Shown here piece after piece: positions 21,600 through 31,798 of a stretch of 32,000 bases of DNA; position 1 is the stretch's first letter, and each line of letters starts with the position of its first letter. Source of the DNA: Patescibacteria group bacterium (GTDB taxonomy: Bacteria; Patescibacteriota; Patescibacteriia; 2-01-FULL-39-33); the NCBI GenBank assembly GCA_041649575.1, contig JBAZMW010000002.1:1-32000 (forward strand), written 5' to 3'. A program made the position numbers and the translations under genes. The notes below the pieces were generated by a model. The model did not search any database. It saw nothing but the letters and a program-made list of their open reading frames with translations, and was not told the DNA's origin.

Positions 21600-23000
21600 G
21601 TGATGTTAAAGTTTTTTAAAAAATATAAAATAGAAATCATCTTATTGGTGGTTTCTCTTTTGGCCCATTTCTTTTTCTTTTTTTTGTTGTTGCACAACTA
21701 CGGCCATAATTTTCCCTACGACACCAATGAAGATGCGGCGGAATTTTTTACTATTAGTAAAAACATTTATTTTCATGGGGCTTTTTCCAGCGAGCCGGAG
21801 CTGATACAATATCCAAACAGTTTGCGTACCCCGCTTTACCCGGCTTATTTGGCTGGCTTCAATATTTTCACAACCAGTCCTTTATTGCCGATAATTCTAC
21901 AAAATATTCTGGCCGCTTTGGCCGTGGTTTTGGTTTATCGCCTGGGTCTGTTGGTAGTAAAAAACAAAACCATCAGCTGGCTGGCCGCTTTGTTGTTTGC
22001 CCTCGACCCGCTTGCTAATTATTGGGCCAATATCACCGAGCCGGATACCTTGCTGGTAGTGGCGACTCTGGTGGTTTTGGTTTCATTTTTCAAGTTTCGC
22101 GACAGCGGCCAGTTAAAATTTCTGGCCCTCACTAGTTTGTTCTTGGGTCTGTCGATTTTAATCAAACCGGTGGCGCTTTATTTCCCCATTTTCTTTGTCC
22201 TGATGATTATCGGGGACGCGTTTTTTAAAAAACAGCTGCCAAAAGGAATCAAATGGTCGGCGATTTTTTTGGCGATTACATTTTTGGTGGTCGCGCCGTG
22301 GCTGGGGCGCAATTATTCAAGGTTCGGCGTTTTCTCTGTTTCGTCTATTTCCGGTTACAATCTCTATAGTTACGCCGCTGTCGTTGGTCCTTACCCGCAA
22401 GAGGTAAAAGATTATTTAGTGGAGGTGAAAGAAAAATACGGCCAGTTTGGCCAGAATCGTAATGGCGAGCGCGATCTGCGGGCGCAAAAAAAATTCAAAG
22501 CATTGGCGGTCAAAATAATTATGGCCAATCCGATCGTTTATGCCAAGGCGCATGTCCTGGGCATGGCCAGATTTTTTTTGGACGACGGTCATAAGGAAAT
22601 TTTTTACAACCGGCACTACAGGGCGATGCTGATTTATAATACGCCCGAGCCGACTGACAAGCCGGATATCACCGGTGAATTTAAAAAAGGCAATTTCGGC
22701 GTCATCTGGACCACGATAAAAACCGCCAATTGTTATACGGTAATCTATTTTATTTCCAAATTAATTTATTTTTTGGCCTATCTCCTGATTCTTTTCGGCT
22801 TGATAACTTCTGGCCGGCGTGACAAAAAAATGTTTGGCGCCTTTTTATTTTTACTGTCGTTGGCCTTTTTCATTGCTTTGGCGGCCGGGCCTTATGGTCC
22901 GTCTGTTCGTTATCGTTTGCCGGTTCTGCCCGGTCTGCTCTTGGTGATGGTCTATGGTTTTATGAGTTTGAAAAAAATCAAGAATCCAACAATAAAATAA
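21600..23000 (+). CDS. GT-C glycosyltransferase, family 39-like polytopic membrane protein
   Basis: About 11 hydrophobic segments are present. The first loop is YDTNEDAAEFFTISKNI...RTPLYPAYLA, an acidic motif plus Pro-Leu typical of the ArnT/PMT_2 family. The start is GTG 21600 or ATG 21603. Confidence 0.65.
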   Translation: MMLKFFKKYKIEIILLVVSLLAHFFFFFLLLHNYGHNFPYDTNEDAAEFFTISKNIYFHGAFSSEPELIQYPNSLRTPLYPAYLAGFNIFTTSPLLPIILQNILAALAVVLVYRLGLLVVKNKTISWLAALLFALDPLANYWANITEPDTLLVVATLVVLVSFFKFRDSGQLKFLALTSLFLGLSILIKPVALYFPIFFVLMIIGDAFFKKQLPKGIKWSAIFLAITFLVVAPWLGRNYSRFGVFSVSSISGYNLYSYAAVVGPYPQEVKDYLVEVKEKYGQFGQNRNGERDLRAQKKFKALAVKIIMANPIVYAKAHVLGMARFFLDDGHKEIFYNRHYRAMLIYNTPEPTDKPDITGEFKKGNFGVIWTTIKTANCYTVIYFISKLIYFLAYLLILFGLITSGRRDKKMFGAFLFLLSLAFFIALAAGPYGPSVRYRLPVLPGLLLVMVYGFMSLKKIKNPTIK

Positions 23001-23030
23001 TCGTCTCTAAACTAAAAATATTTTCCGATT

Positions 23031-24458
23031 ATGTCTGGTCAGGTTGAAGAAAAATTTATTATTTTAGGTGCTGGGCCGGCGGGTCTGGCGGCTGGTTATG
23101 AGTTGGCAAAAAACGGTAAAAAAGTTGTTTTGATCGAAAAAGACGACGGCGTCGGCGGATTAAGCCGGACCAAAAAATATCAGGGTCATTATTTTGATTT
23201 AGGCCCTCATCGTTTTTTCACCAAGAATAATGAAGTGGAATCACTCTGGCGGGCTTTATTGGGCAATGACTTTTTGGAATTGCCGCGTTTGACACGGATT
23301 TACTACAAAAAAAATTTTTATCATTATCCGCTTCAGCCGGTGGACGCTTTGTATAAACTGGGATTAGTCAGGTCGGTCTGGGTGATCGGCAGCCTGCTCA
23401 AGACAAAATTCAAAAACTTATTTTTTAGAAAACCAGAGGCGAGCTTCGAAGATTGGGTGACTAATCGTTTCGGCAGTAAATTATTTTCTATATTTTTTAA
23501 GAGCTATACCGAAAAGTTATGGGGCATCAGCACTCGTGATTTAGGAGCGGATTGGGCAGTCCAGCGGATCAAAAACCTATCATTAATTTCAGCGATTAAA
23601 AATGCCATTTTTGGCGATGAACACGGTAAAGTAAAGTCGCTGATTGAGAGATTTAATTATCCAAAGCGTGGCGCTGGTATGATGTATGAAAAAATGGCCG
23701 AGAATATCAAAAAATTGGGCGGAGAAATTATTTATAATGCTAACGTCAAAAACATTTTACATGACGAAGACAAAGTCAGTGGCGTGATAATCGAGGATCA
23801 GAGCGGTGAGCGCCAAGTCGCCGGTGATTACATCATTTCCAGTTTGGCGCTAAACGACATGATTAGAGCACTGTCTCCCTTGGCTCCGGAAAATGTTTTA
23901 CGCGCGGCCGAAAATTTACGCTTTCGCTCGTTGGTCATTGTCTATTTGGTGGTCGAAGCGTCACAAGTCTTCCCGGATAACTGGGTTTATGTTCATGAGC
24001 CGGATTTAAAGGTTACCCGCGTCCAAGACACGAGCAGTTTTGGCCCATACCTGTCCGAGAATAAAAACCAAACCATGGTTTGCTTGGAGTATGCTTGCTG
24101 GTCTGGTGATGCCCTGTGGAGCCAGTCTGACGATGAGTTGGTGGAAATGGGCAAAAGAGACATCGCTGCCATGGGGCTTTTGGGCGGCTCAAGGATTTTG
24201 GACGGTTTGGTCGGACGCATCCCTTATGCTTATCCGGTTTATGCTTTCAATTACGAAGATAATTTGAAAATAATTTTTGATTATTTAGGCCAGTTTAAAA
24301 ATTTTCAAACCGTCGGCCGGTCTGGCTTATTCCACTACAACAACATGGACCACTCCATTTTGACTGGCATTTTCGCCGCCAGGAATTTCATGGGCTCAAA
24401 CTACGATGTCTACAAAGTCAATGCCGAAGCCGATTATCACGAATGCAAATTACCATAA
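23031..24458 (+). CDS. FAD/NAD(P)-dependent oxidoreductase (amine-oxidase / desaturase-like fold)
   Basis: The N-terminal dinucleotide-binding motif is ILGAGPAGLAAGYELAKNGKKVVLIEKDDGVGG. At 475 aa the length fits the family. Confidence 0.75.
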   Translation: MSGQVEEKFIILGAGPAGLAAGYELAKNGKKVVLIEKDDGVGGLSRTKKYQGHYFDLGPHRFFTKNNEVESLWRALLGNDFLELPRLTRIYYKKNFYHYPLQPVDALYKLGLVRSVWVIGSLLKTKFKNLFFRKPEASFEDWVTNRFGSKLFSIFFKSYTEKLWGISTRDLGADWAVQRIKNLSLISAIKNAIFGDEHGKVKSLIERFNYPKRGAGMMYEKMAENIKKLGGEIIYNANVKNILHDEDKVSGVIIEDQSGERQVAGDYIISSLALNDMIRALSPLAPENVLRAAENLRFRSLVIVYLVVEASQVFPDNWVYVHEPDLKVTRVQDTSSFGPYLSENKNQTMVCLEYACWSGDALWSQSDDELVEMGKRDIAAMGLLGGSRILDGLVGRIPYAYPVYAFNYEDNLKIIFDYLGQFKNFQTVGRSGLFHYNNMDHSILTGIFAARNFMGSNYDVYKVNAEADYHECKLP

Positions 24459-25198
24459 ATATGGATCAAAAAAAAGCTGGTATAAATTTTAAAAAAGGCA
24501 AATTGGTCTCTGGTGTTATTTATCCTTCGTTTTTTCCCATTACCAAAGAAGACCTGGTGCTTAATATTGGTTGCGGCGATGGAGTGCAGGCCGTGGTTTA
24601 TGGCGGTAATTTCAAGGAAATGGTTGGCGTTGATATTAACGAGAAAAGTTTGGCCACAGCCGTGGCAGTGATGGATTATTATGGTATAAAAAATTTCAAA
24701 TCGATCGGTGGTAATGTCGAAAAAATTCCGCTTAACGATCGGTTTGATAAGGCAATAGCCATCGACATTATTGAACACGTTATTCATCCAGAAAAAGTAA
24801 TTGGAGAAATAAGAAGATTGCTTAAGGATAATGGGCGGCTACTGATGACCTTTCCAGCCATGCATGATAAATGGGAGCGTTTCTTCCGTTTGGTGGGTCA
24901 AAAGATTCTGCGGCGCCGGAGCCAGGCCGCCAGCAAAAACGGCTGGAACCCGGATCGGCACCAACATGATTATTCGCTCAAGAAATGGCTGAAATTGCTC
25001 CAGCACGGCGGTTTTAAATTGGTGAAGTCGCGCGCCAGCACCATGTGGCCGCCGCTGCATTATTTGGGTCTGCCAAAATTTTGGTTTTCCAGTAAAATTA
25101 TCAGAACAATTGATGGGTTCTTTTGCCGGTTGCCAATTGTTAAAAATTTCGGTCAAGCATTGGTTTGCGAATTCATAAAAGACAACAAACATGAATAA
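24443..25198 (+). CDS. Class I SAM-dependent methyltransferase
   Basis: Motif I is VLNIGCGDGVQA. Post-I is VGVDIN. Motif II-like is FDKAIAIDIIEHV. The start is ATG 24443 (16-bp overlap with the upstream gene) or ATG 24461 (2 nt after its stop). Confidence 0.8.
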   Translation: MQITINMDQKKAGINFKKGKLVSGVIYPSFFPITKEDLVLNIGCGDGVQAVVYGGNFKEMVGVDINEKSLATAVAVMDYYGIKNFKSIGGNVEKIPLNDRFDKAIAIDIIEHVIHPEKVIGEIRRLLKDNGRLLMTFPAMHDKWERFFRLVGQKILRRRSQAASKNGWNPDRHQHDYSLKKWLKLLQHGGFKLVKSRASTMWPPLHYLGLPKFWFSSKIIRTIDGFFCRLPIVKNFGQALVCEFIKDNKHE

Positions 25199-26351
25199 GT
25201 TGAAAAAACAAAATCAGAGCATTATCATTGCCGCTGATATTTTTCCGCCGGACATCGGCGGCCCGGCAACCTATAGTCAAAAAGTTGCCGCCGAATTAAA
25301 AAACAAAGGCTGGCAAGTCAAATTAATTTGCTATAGTGATAAAAAGATTAAGGATGATCTCGGTTTTCCGGTTTATAGGATTATTCGAGGCAAATTTGCG
25401 CCTTGGCGCTATCTAAAATACTTTTTAAAGTTATGCCAACTGGCTAGAGGCGTTGACATAATTTACGCCATGGGTCCGGTGGCCGCTGGCTGGCCGGCGT
25501 CTTGGGCGGCCAAATTACTAGGCAAGAAGCTTGTTGTAAAGATAGTCGGCGATTATGCCTGGGAGCAGGCCAGAAATTTGAAGTTGACGGATTTGGGCAT
25601 AGATGAGTTTCAGACGAAAGACTGGCATGGCAAAACTGGTCGGTTGAAAAGAATTGAGACCCGTGTTTGTTTCAAGGCCGATAAAGTTATTACCCCGAGT
25701 GAGTATTTGAAAAAAATTGTGAAAGGCTGGAGCGTAGAAGAAAATAAAATTCAAGTGATTTATAATGCTATTGAATTAAAAACCGTTGAGCCGATATTAA
25801 AACAGGAAAATGAAAGGTGGTTGATTTCTGTGGCTCGTTTAGTTCCCTGGAAAGGAATTGATACAATAATTAAATTAATGCCAGAGATAATAAAAGAAAT
25901 ACCAAACTTGAAATTTATAGTTATTGGTGATGGGCCGGAAAAACCAAAACTTCAAGAGATTATCCACTCTTTTGGATTAGAAAACAGCGTCAGATTGATG
26001 GGTTTAATGACTCATGGGGATACTTTAAAATATATTTGCGCCAGTGACTTGTTTATTCTAAATAGCGGCTATGAAGGATTACCTCACGTTTTAATAGAGG
26101 CTTTATCGTGCAACGTGCCTGTTGTCGCTAGTGATGTGGGTGGCGTTTCCGAGGTTATATATTGTAATGAACTTGGGTTAATTTTCAAATATAATAATGA
26201 AAGAGAAATTTTGAAAGTAATTTTAGACTTTTTTAAAACAGGAGCCAAAAGTGATTGGTTATTAAAATCAAAAGAAAGGACTTCTTTCTTTGAACAATTT
26301 TCTTTCCCCAATATGATAAATAAAACCGAAGAATTATTAAAAAATTTATGA
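25191..26351 (+). CDS. Glycosyltransferase family 4 (GT-B fold)
   Basis: The N-terminus is PPDIGGPATYSQKVAAEL. The C-terminus is SGYEGLPHVLIEALSCNVPVVASDVGGVSEVI. It overlaps the upstream gene by 8 bp. Confidence 0.85.
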   Translation: MNKLKKQNQSIIIAADIFPPDIGGPATYSQKVAAELKNKGWQVKLICYSDKKIKDDLGFPVYRIIRGKFAPWRYLKYFLKLCQLARGVDIIYAMGPVAAGWPASWAAKLLGKKLVVKIVGDYAWEQARNLKLTDLGIDEFQTKDWHGKTGRLKRIETRVCFKADKVITPSEYLKKIVKGWSVEENKIQVIYNAIELKTVEPILKQENERWLISVARLVPWKGIDTIIKLMPEIIKEIPNLKFIVIGDGPEKPKLQEIIHSFGLENSVRLMGLMTHGDTLKYICASDLFILNSGYEGLPHVLIEALSCNVPVVASDVGGVSEVIYCNELGLIFKYNNEREILKVILDFFKTGAKSDWLLKSKERTSFFEQFSFPNMINKTEELLKNL

Positions 26352-27463
26352 AAGTTTTGATGATTTCCATTGACAAGGGACTGCTGGGTCGCGGCCAGCT
26401 CGGCGATGTGGTTGAGCGCCATCGTAGATATGGCGAATTTTGTGAGCGTCTGGACATTATCGTCTTGAGTCAGCCCGGTTTTGTAAATTATCAAATTTCC
26501 GACAAGGTCATGGTTTATCCGACTAACTCGAAAAAAAAATGGAAATATTTTTTTGATGCCAAACGGATTGGCCGGGGATTGTTCAGGCAGACCAGTTATG
26601 ATTTAGTGGTGACCCAGGAGCCATTTTTAACCGGTTTAGTCGGTGTTGGTTTAAAAAAGAAATTTAGCAGTAAACTGTTGGTTCATTTTCATGGCGATTT
26701 TGTCGGTCTGCCTTTATTATTTGCCAAATTATTCGTGTTGCCGAAAGCCGATGGAATCAGAGTAATGAGCGAGGGACAAAAAGAAAAGTTGATCAGAGCG
26801 GGGATTAGTGAAAAAAGAATCAGGGTTATTTCCACGCCGGTTGATTTAATGAAGTTTGAAACTTATGGAGAGAAAGCGTCAGAAGAAGAATTGTTGAGGA
26901 ATTTAACCGTATCAGCGAGAGAAATTAAGTTTGTTTTAATGGTCGGCCGTAAAGATCTGGTTAAAGATTTTGATACTTTATTTAAGGCAATGAACTTAGT
27001 TTATGAAAAACATCCAGAGACTGGGTTGTGGCTGGTAGGCAATTACACTAACTATAGCGAGGTCAAACAACGACTAAACTTACCAGCGGATAAAATAATA
27101 TTTACCAGCAGAGTCAGCTCTAATGATTTAGCAGCTTATTATAAAATAGCTTATCTGACTGTTTTATCATCAATATCGGAAAGTTTCGGCAAAGTTTTAA
27201 TCGAGGCTAATGCTTGCGGCAAGCCGGTGGTTTCTACCGCCACAACCGGCGCCAAGGAGATTATTAAAGACGGTGAAAATGGCTTTTTGGTGCCCATTAA
27301 AGATTGCAAAGGGTTGGCTAAAAAAATTATTTATTTATTGGAAAATCCGGAGGTTGCCAAACAAATGGGAGAAAAGGGGAGGACGATGGTCAAAGAAAAA
27401 TTTAGCGACAACACCGGTAAAATCATTCAATTTTGGAATAATATAATTAATAATAAACTATGA
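26348..27463 (+). CDS. Glycosyltransferase family 4 (GT-B fold)
   Basis: The C-terminus is SISESFGKVLIEANACGKPVVSTATTGAKEIIKDGENGFLV. There are 4-bp ATGA overlaps at both ends. Confidence 0.85.
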   Translation: MKVLMISIDKGLLGRGQLGDVVERHRRYGEFCERLDIIVLSQPGFVNYQISDKVMVYPTNSKKKWKYFFDAKRIGRGLFRQTSYDLVVTQEPFLTGLVGVGLKKKFSSKLLVHFHGDFVGLPLLFAKLFVLPKADGIRVMSEGQKEKLIRAGISEKRIRVISTPVDLMKFETYGEKASEEELLRNLTVSAREIKFVLMVGRKDLVKDFDTLFKAMNLVYEKHPETGLWLVGNYTNYSEVKQRLNLPADKIIFTSRVSSNDLAAYYKIAYLTVLSSISESFGKVLIEANACGKPVVSTATTGAKEIIKDGENGFLVPIKDCKGLAKKIIYLLENPEVAKQMGEKGRTMVKEKFSDNTGKIIQFWNNIINNKL

Positions 27464-28167
27464 ATAAGGTTTTTGTTTCTATTGCCACTTACAACGAAAA
27501 AGAGAATATTGAGAATTTAGTCAGGCAAATTTTTAGCCAGCAGGTTGACAATCTGTCTATCGTTGTAATTGACGACAATTCGCCCGATGGCACGGCGCAG
27601 ATTATCACTGGTTTAAAACAAGAATTTTCCGGCCTGAATCTGATTAAGCGTTCCGGCAAACTGGGCTATGGCAGCGCTCATATCGCCGGTTTCAAAAAAG
27701 CGATGGCCGAGGGGGCGGATATTATTGTTTCTATGGATGCCGATTTTTCCCATCAGCCAGAAAAAATTCCGGAGCTGGTGGCAGCTATTAGAAGTGGCAA
27801 CGACGTGGCTGTCGGTTCAAGAAAAATTAAAGGCGGAGAGGTTGTCGGCTGGGGCTGGTGGCGAAAATTTTGCAGCACCGGCGCCATGATGGCTTCTCAA
27901 GTTATCTTAGGCATCAAGACGCGCGATCTGACCAGCGGCTTCAGGGCCTATAAAAGAGAGGTTTTTGACCGGGTTGATTTGGACGGGATCAAAAGCGACG
28001 GCTATTCCTTTTTGGAAGAATTGATTTATTTGATTGAAAAACAGGGCTTTTCAATCAAAGAGATTCCCATTATTTTTCATGATCGTCGCTTGGGCCATTC
28101 AAAATTATCAAAAAAAGAAATAGTAAAATTTTTTGTTACCATTTTCAGAATTAAATTTGGCAAATGA
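27460..28167 (+). CDS. GT2 polyprenol-phosphate sugar synthase (Dpm1/Ppm1-like, e.g. polyprenol-P-mannose or -glucose synthase)
   Basis: 235 aa and soluble. The signatures are SIATYNEKENI, VIDDNSPDGT and VSMDADFSHQP, typical of Dpm1-type enzymes. The sugar specificity cannot be read from the sequence. Confidence 0.8.
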   Translation: MNKVFVSIATYNEKENIENLVRQIFSQQVDNLSIVVIDDNSPDGTAQIITGLKQEFSGLNLIKRSGKLGYGSAHIAGFKKAMAEGADIIVSMDADFSHQPEKIPELVAAIRSGNDVAVGSRKIKGGEVVGWGWWRKFCSTGAMMASQVILGIKTRDLTSGFRAYKREVFDRVDLDGIKSDGYSFLEELIYLIEKQGFSIKEIPIIFHDRRLGHSKLSKKEIVKFFVTIFRIKFGK

Positions 28168-29225
28168 AACTATTAATGATTACCAGAAAAGTCGATCCCC
28201 ACGACGCCTTAGCCGGCTTTACTTTTAATTGGGTAAAAAAAATCGGGGAGAATCTGGACGAACTCTATGTGATTTCTTGGCAAAAAGGGGACAGGGGAGA
28301 CTTGCCGGCCAAAATCAAAACCATTTTTTTACCTGACAATAAATTGAAAAAGGTGTTGGTTTTAGAAAAAGAGTTATTTAAAATCTTACCAAAAGTTAGT
28401 GGCGTTTTCTGCCACATGAATCCAGAGTATACAATTCTAGCGGCGTTTTTGGCCAAGATTTTTAGAAAAAAAATTGTTAGTTGGTACACGCACAAGACCG
28501 TCAGCTGGAGAAGGAGACTGGTAGAAGTTTTTGCTGACAAAATTTTAACTGCCTCAAAGGAAAGCTTTAGAGACCTTTGGTTTAAGGATAAAGTCGAGGT
28601 GACAGGACACGGAATTGATTTGGATGTTTTTAACAATATTGATTCTTACCATGGTTATGATGGTATTTTTCACATCATCACTGTTGGCCGGATTTCGCCG
28701 ACCAAAAATTATGAGTCAATGATTAAAGCGATGACCGAATTAAAAACTGAACCAGCGAGATTAATAATTGTCGGCGATGCGATTTTACCTTCGCAAATTC
28801 AATACTTAAAATCTTTAAATGAGATGGTAAAAAGGTTAAAGCTTGATTTTACAATCGATTCGAAAAATTATTCAAAAATATCTTTTGCTGGTTGGATTTC
28901 TAATCGTAAAATTCCCAATAGTTTGAAAACAACTGATTTATTTATAAATTTAAGCGGTACTGGCAGCTTAGATAAGGCAGTTTTGGAAGCCATGGCTTGT
29001 GGTTGCTTGGTTTTAACCTCCAATGAAGCGTTTAAAGATATTCTGCCCCCAGAATTAATGGTGGAAAAAAGCAATCCTCAAAAGTTGGCCGAAAAAATAA
29101 AGTGGCTGATGAATTTGCCAGCTGAGAGAAAAGCTGGGCTAAGACAACAATTACGGGACGAGGTTGTCAAAAACCATAACTTGGACGATTTAGTAAAAAA
29201 AATTGTGGCTCAATTTTATGCGTAA
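28164..29225 (+). CDS. GT-B fold glycosyltransferase (GT4-like)
   Basis: The C-terminal domain shows ITVGRISPTKNYESMIKAM...SGTGSLDKAVLEAMACGCLVLTSN. It overlaps the upstream gene by 4 bp. Confidence 0.75.
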   Translation: MKLLMITRKVDPHDALAGFTFNWVKKIGENLDELYVISWQKGDRGDLPAKIKTIFLPDNKLKKVLVLEKELFKILPKVSGVFCHMNPEYTILAAFLAKIFRKKIVSWYTHKTVSWRRRLVEVFADKILTASKESFRDLWFKDKVEVTGHGIDLDVFNNIDSYHGYDGIFHIITVGRISPTKNYESMIKAMTELKTEPARLIIVGDAILPSQIQYLKSLNEMVKRLKLDFTIDSKNYSKISFAGWISNRKIPNSLKTTDLFINLSGTGSLDKAVLEAMACGCLVLTSNEAFKDILPPELMVEKSNPQKLAEKIKWLMNLPAERKAGLRQQLRDEVVKNHNLDDLVKKIVAQFYA

Positions 29226-30717
29226 TAAAATACTACTAATTTACCCAAGGTTTTATAAGATTGATTTTGATGCCAAGAGCTATCCTTTGGGCCTTTTGGC
29301 CATTGGCACGGTTTTGAAGCGGCAGGGTTTTGAAATCAAGTTGATCGATTTTTTAGTGGAAGATAATCCGTTGGAAGTTTTAGAAAAAGAATTAACCGAA
29401 AACGTTTTAGCCGTGGGCCTATCGGTAATGACGCCCCAAATAGCCGATGCCTTGAAAATCAGCCAAAAAATTAAAGATTATAACCGGGCTTTGCCGGTGA
29501 TTTGGGGCGGCATCCACCCTACGCTTTTTCCGGACCAGACTATTGTTCACCCTTTGATTGATTTTTTGATTGTCGGCGAGGGCGAAATTTCTTTTTCCAA
29601 ATTTTTGAGATTTTTGCAAGGCCAGGGCGAACTGGCCGATATTGGCGGCTTGGTTTACAAAAAAGACGGCCAGGTTTTTAAGAATCAAGAAAAAGAGTTG
29701 ATTGATTTAAATGATTTGCCTTTGATGGATTATTCTTTGCTTTCTTCAAAAACTTTGAAGTTCGATTCGATAATTTTTAATACTAGTCGCGGCTGTCCTT
29801 ATCGTTGCACTTTTTGTGTCAATATTTCTCTGCACAACCGAGCTTGGCGGTATCAGAAAGCAGAAAAAGTTTTGGAAGAGCTGGCCTATCTGGTCGATAC
29901 TCTGGGCTATAAAAAATTGAAATTTCAGGAAGATAATTTTTTTGTCAGTCAGGATCGGGTGGAAAAAATTTTGACGGGCATCGAGGAAAGGGGATTAAAA
30001 TTTCAATGGCTGGCTAATTGTCGGGTCAACTATTTTCGAGACGATTATTTAAACGACCAGTTTTTGGAAAAATTGAAGCGATCCGGCTGTTACAAGCTGA
30101 TGTTTGGGGCCGAATCTGGCTCACAGCGGGTTCTCGATTGGCTAAAGAAGGACATCACCGTGGCTCAGATAATCGAGTCTGCCCAGCTGTGCCAAAAGCA
30201 TGGTCTGCGAGCCAATTATTCGTTTATGTGCGCTCTGCCGACCGAGACCAAAAAAGAGAGACTGGAAACCCTAGAGTTGATTGACAGGTTGATGGCGATA
30301 GGCGATTGCATCGAGATTATCTCGCCCCAACCTTATCGGCCTTATCCCGGAGACGAGTTGGCACAGTATTGCCAAAAGTTAGGCTATCAATTTCCGGATA
30401 AACTGGAAGATTGGCCCAAGGTGGTGGCCAAGTCTATGGATAGCAGCTCCAGCAACCTGGAAAATTTTCCCTGGATTAAAAATCCCAATGAGATCCGGCT
30501 ACAGAGAGTTTGTTCTATTATCGCTACCAGCAAAAAAGGAATGAGGGGCTATATCAAAAGATACCCACTGGTTCTCGCTCCATTTATTGCCCTGTTTTAT
30601 TTATTGGAAAAAACCAGATGGAAATTGAAATTTTTTGGCTGGCCTTTAGAGTATTCGATTTTTATTAACTTGTATTGGCAGACGCAAAAATTGAGAAAAA
30701 AATTATTTATCAAATAA
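29218..30717 (+). CDS. B12-binding-domain radical SAM enzyme, paralog of 20167..21579
   Basis: The ORF is open from TTG 29203. ATG 29218 gives MRNKILLIYP... and an 8-bp overlap (ATGCGTAA) with the upstream GT. The B12 domain shows YPLGLLAIGTVLKRQGFEIKLID...WGGIHPT. The rSAM motif is SRGCPYRCTFCVN. Confidence 0.85.
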   Translation: MRNKILLIYPRFYKIDFDAKSYPLGLLAIGTVLKRQGFEIKLIDFLVEDNPLEVLEKELTENVLAVGLSVMTPQIADALKISQKIKDYNRALPVIWGGIHPTLFPDQTIVHPLIDFLIVGEGEISFSKFLRFLQGQGELADIGGLVYKKDGQVFKNQEKELIDLNDLPLMDYSLLSSKTLKFDSIIFNTSRGCPYRCTFCVNISLHNRAWRYQKAEKVLEELAYLVDTLGYKKLKFQEDNFFVSQDRVEKILTGIEERGLKFQWLANCRVNYFRDDYLNDQFLEKLKRSGCYKLMFGAESGSQRVLDWLKKDITVAQIIESAQLCQKHGLRANYSFMCALPTETKKERLETLELIDRLMAIGDCIEIISPQPYRPYPGDELAQYCQKLGYQFPDKLEDWPKVVAKSMDSSSSNLENFPWIKNPNEIRLQRVCSIIATSKKGMRGYIKRYPLVLAPFIALFYLLEKTRWKLKFFGWPLEYSIFINLYWQTQKLRKKLFIK

Positions 30718-30718
30718 G

Positions 30719-31798
30719 ATGAAAATTTGTTATTTTGGCATTTATAATCCCAAGTATAGTCGCAATAGAGTTATTATTAAAGGACTAAAAGAAAATGGCA
30801 TAGAAGTCATAGAGTGCAGCAGCAATTTATCCGGGCTTAGAAAATATTTTGATTTAATAAAAAAACACAAAAAAATTAAAAAAGATTACGACTTAATGAT
30901 TGTTGGCTTTCCCAGCAATCAGGCGGCGTTTCTGGCCAAATTTCTGACTCGAAAACCGGTGATAGCCGATGCTTTCGTGTCTTTTTATGATTCGATGATC
31001 TTTGATCGAAAAAATCATTCCCCTCGCAGTTTACCGGCGCTCTATTATTGGTTTTTAGATTGGTTGCCGGCACGGTTTTCCGATTTAGTTTTATTAGACA
31101 CCCGAGTCCACATTAATTATTTTGTGCGCACCTTCGGCATAAGAGAGGAGAAGTTTGAACGCGTTTTGGTGGGAACTGATGAGAGTGAGATATATTTTGA
31201 CCCGGCCTTAAAGAAAAAACTTGATTATTTTTTGGTTCATTACCATGCTAGCTTTTTACCGCTCCAGGGAACCGAATATATTATTAAAGCGGCCAAAATT
31301 TTGGAAAAAGAAAATATCAGGTTTAATATTATTGGCAGTGGCCCGGAATATAATAAGATTATCAAGTTGGCTCAAAGCCTGGAGACTAATAACACGGAAT
31401 TCATCAAGCCAGTCCCTTATGAGAAATTAAGGCAATATATTTCGGTGGCCGATATTTGTTTAGGGATTTTTGGCCAAACACCTAAGACCAGCCGGGTTAT
31501 ACCCAACAAAATTTATGAAGCGATTGCTTGTGGCAAAGCAGTGATTACCGCTGATGAGCCGGCTATCCATGAAGTGTTTACCGATGGTAGTAATATTGTT
31601 TTGTGTCACTCGGCTGATCCGAAAGATTTGGCAGAAAAAATTTTGTTTCTAAGAGATCACCAAGCGCTAAGACAGAGGATTGCCGATAGTGCCTATGAAT
31701 TTTTTCTATATAAACTAACACCAAGAGTTATAGTGGAGCAACTGATCAAGAGATTGAAAAAAGAATTCTTAAACGATAAAGCCAGAGAGAATGTATAA
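30719..31798 (+). CDS. GT-B fold glycosyltransferase (GT4/WbuB-like)
   Basis: The C-terminal domain shows CLGIFGQTPKTSRVIPNKIYEAIACGKAVITADEPAIHEVF. It starts 1 nt after the upstream stop. Confidence 0.7.
   Translation: MKICYFGIYNPKYSRNRVIIKGLKENGIEVIECSSNLSGLRKYFDLIKKHKKIKKDYDLMIVGFPSNQAAFLAKFLTRKPVIADAFVSFYDSMIFDRKNHSPRSLPALYYWFLDWLPARFSDLVLLDTRVHINYFVRTFGIREEKFERVLVGTDESEIYFDPALKKKLDYFLVHYHASFLPLQGTEYIIKAAKILEKENIRFNIIGSGPEYNKIIKLAQSLETNNTEFIKPVPYEKLRQYISVADICLGIFGQTPKTSRVIPNKIYEAIACGKAVITADEPAIHEVFTDGSNIVLCHSADPKDLAEKILFLRDHQALRQRIADSAYEFFLYKLTPRVIVEQLIKRLKKEFLNDKARENV

Noticed and set aside
26084-26494. 136-aa antisense ORF across the GT4/GT4 gene junction (and similar antisense ORFs at 24437..24787, 24839..25192 and 12480..12839)
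   Set aside because: All lie opposite well-supported GT, methyltransferase or membrane-protein genes with family motifs. They are AT-rich frames lacking stops by chance.
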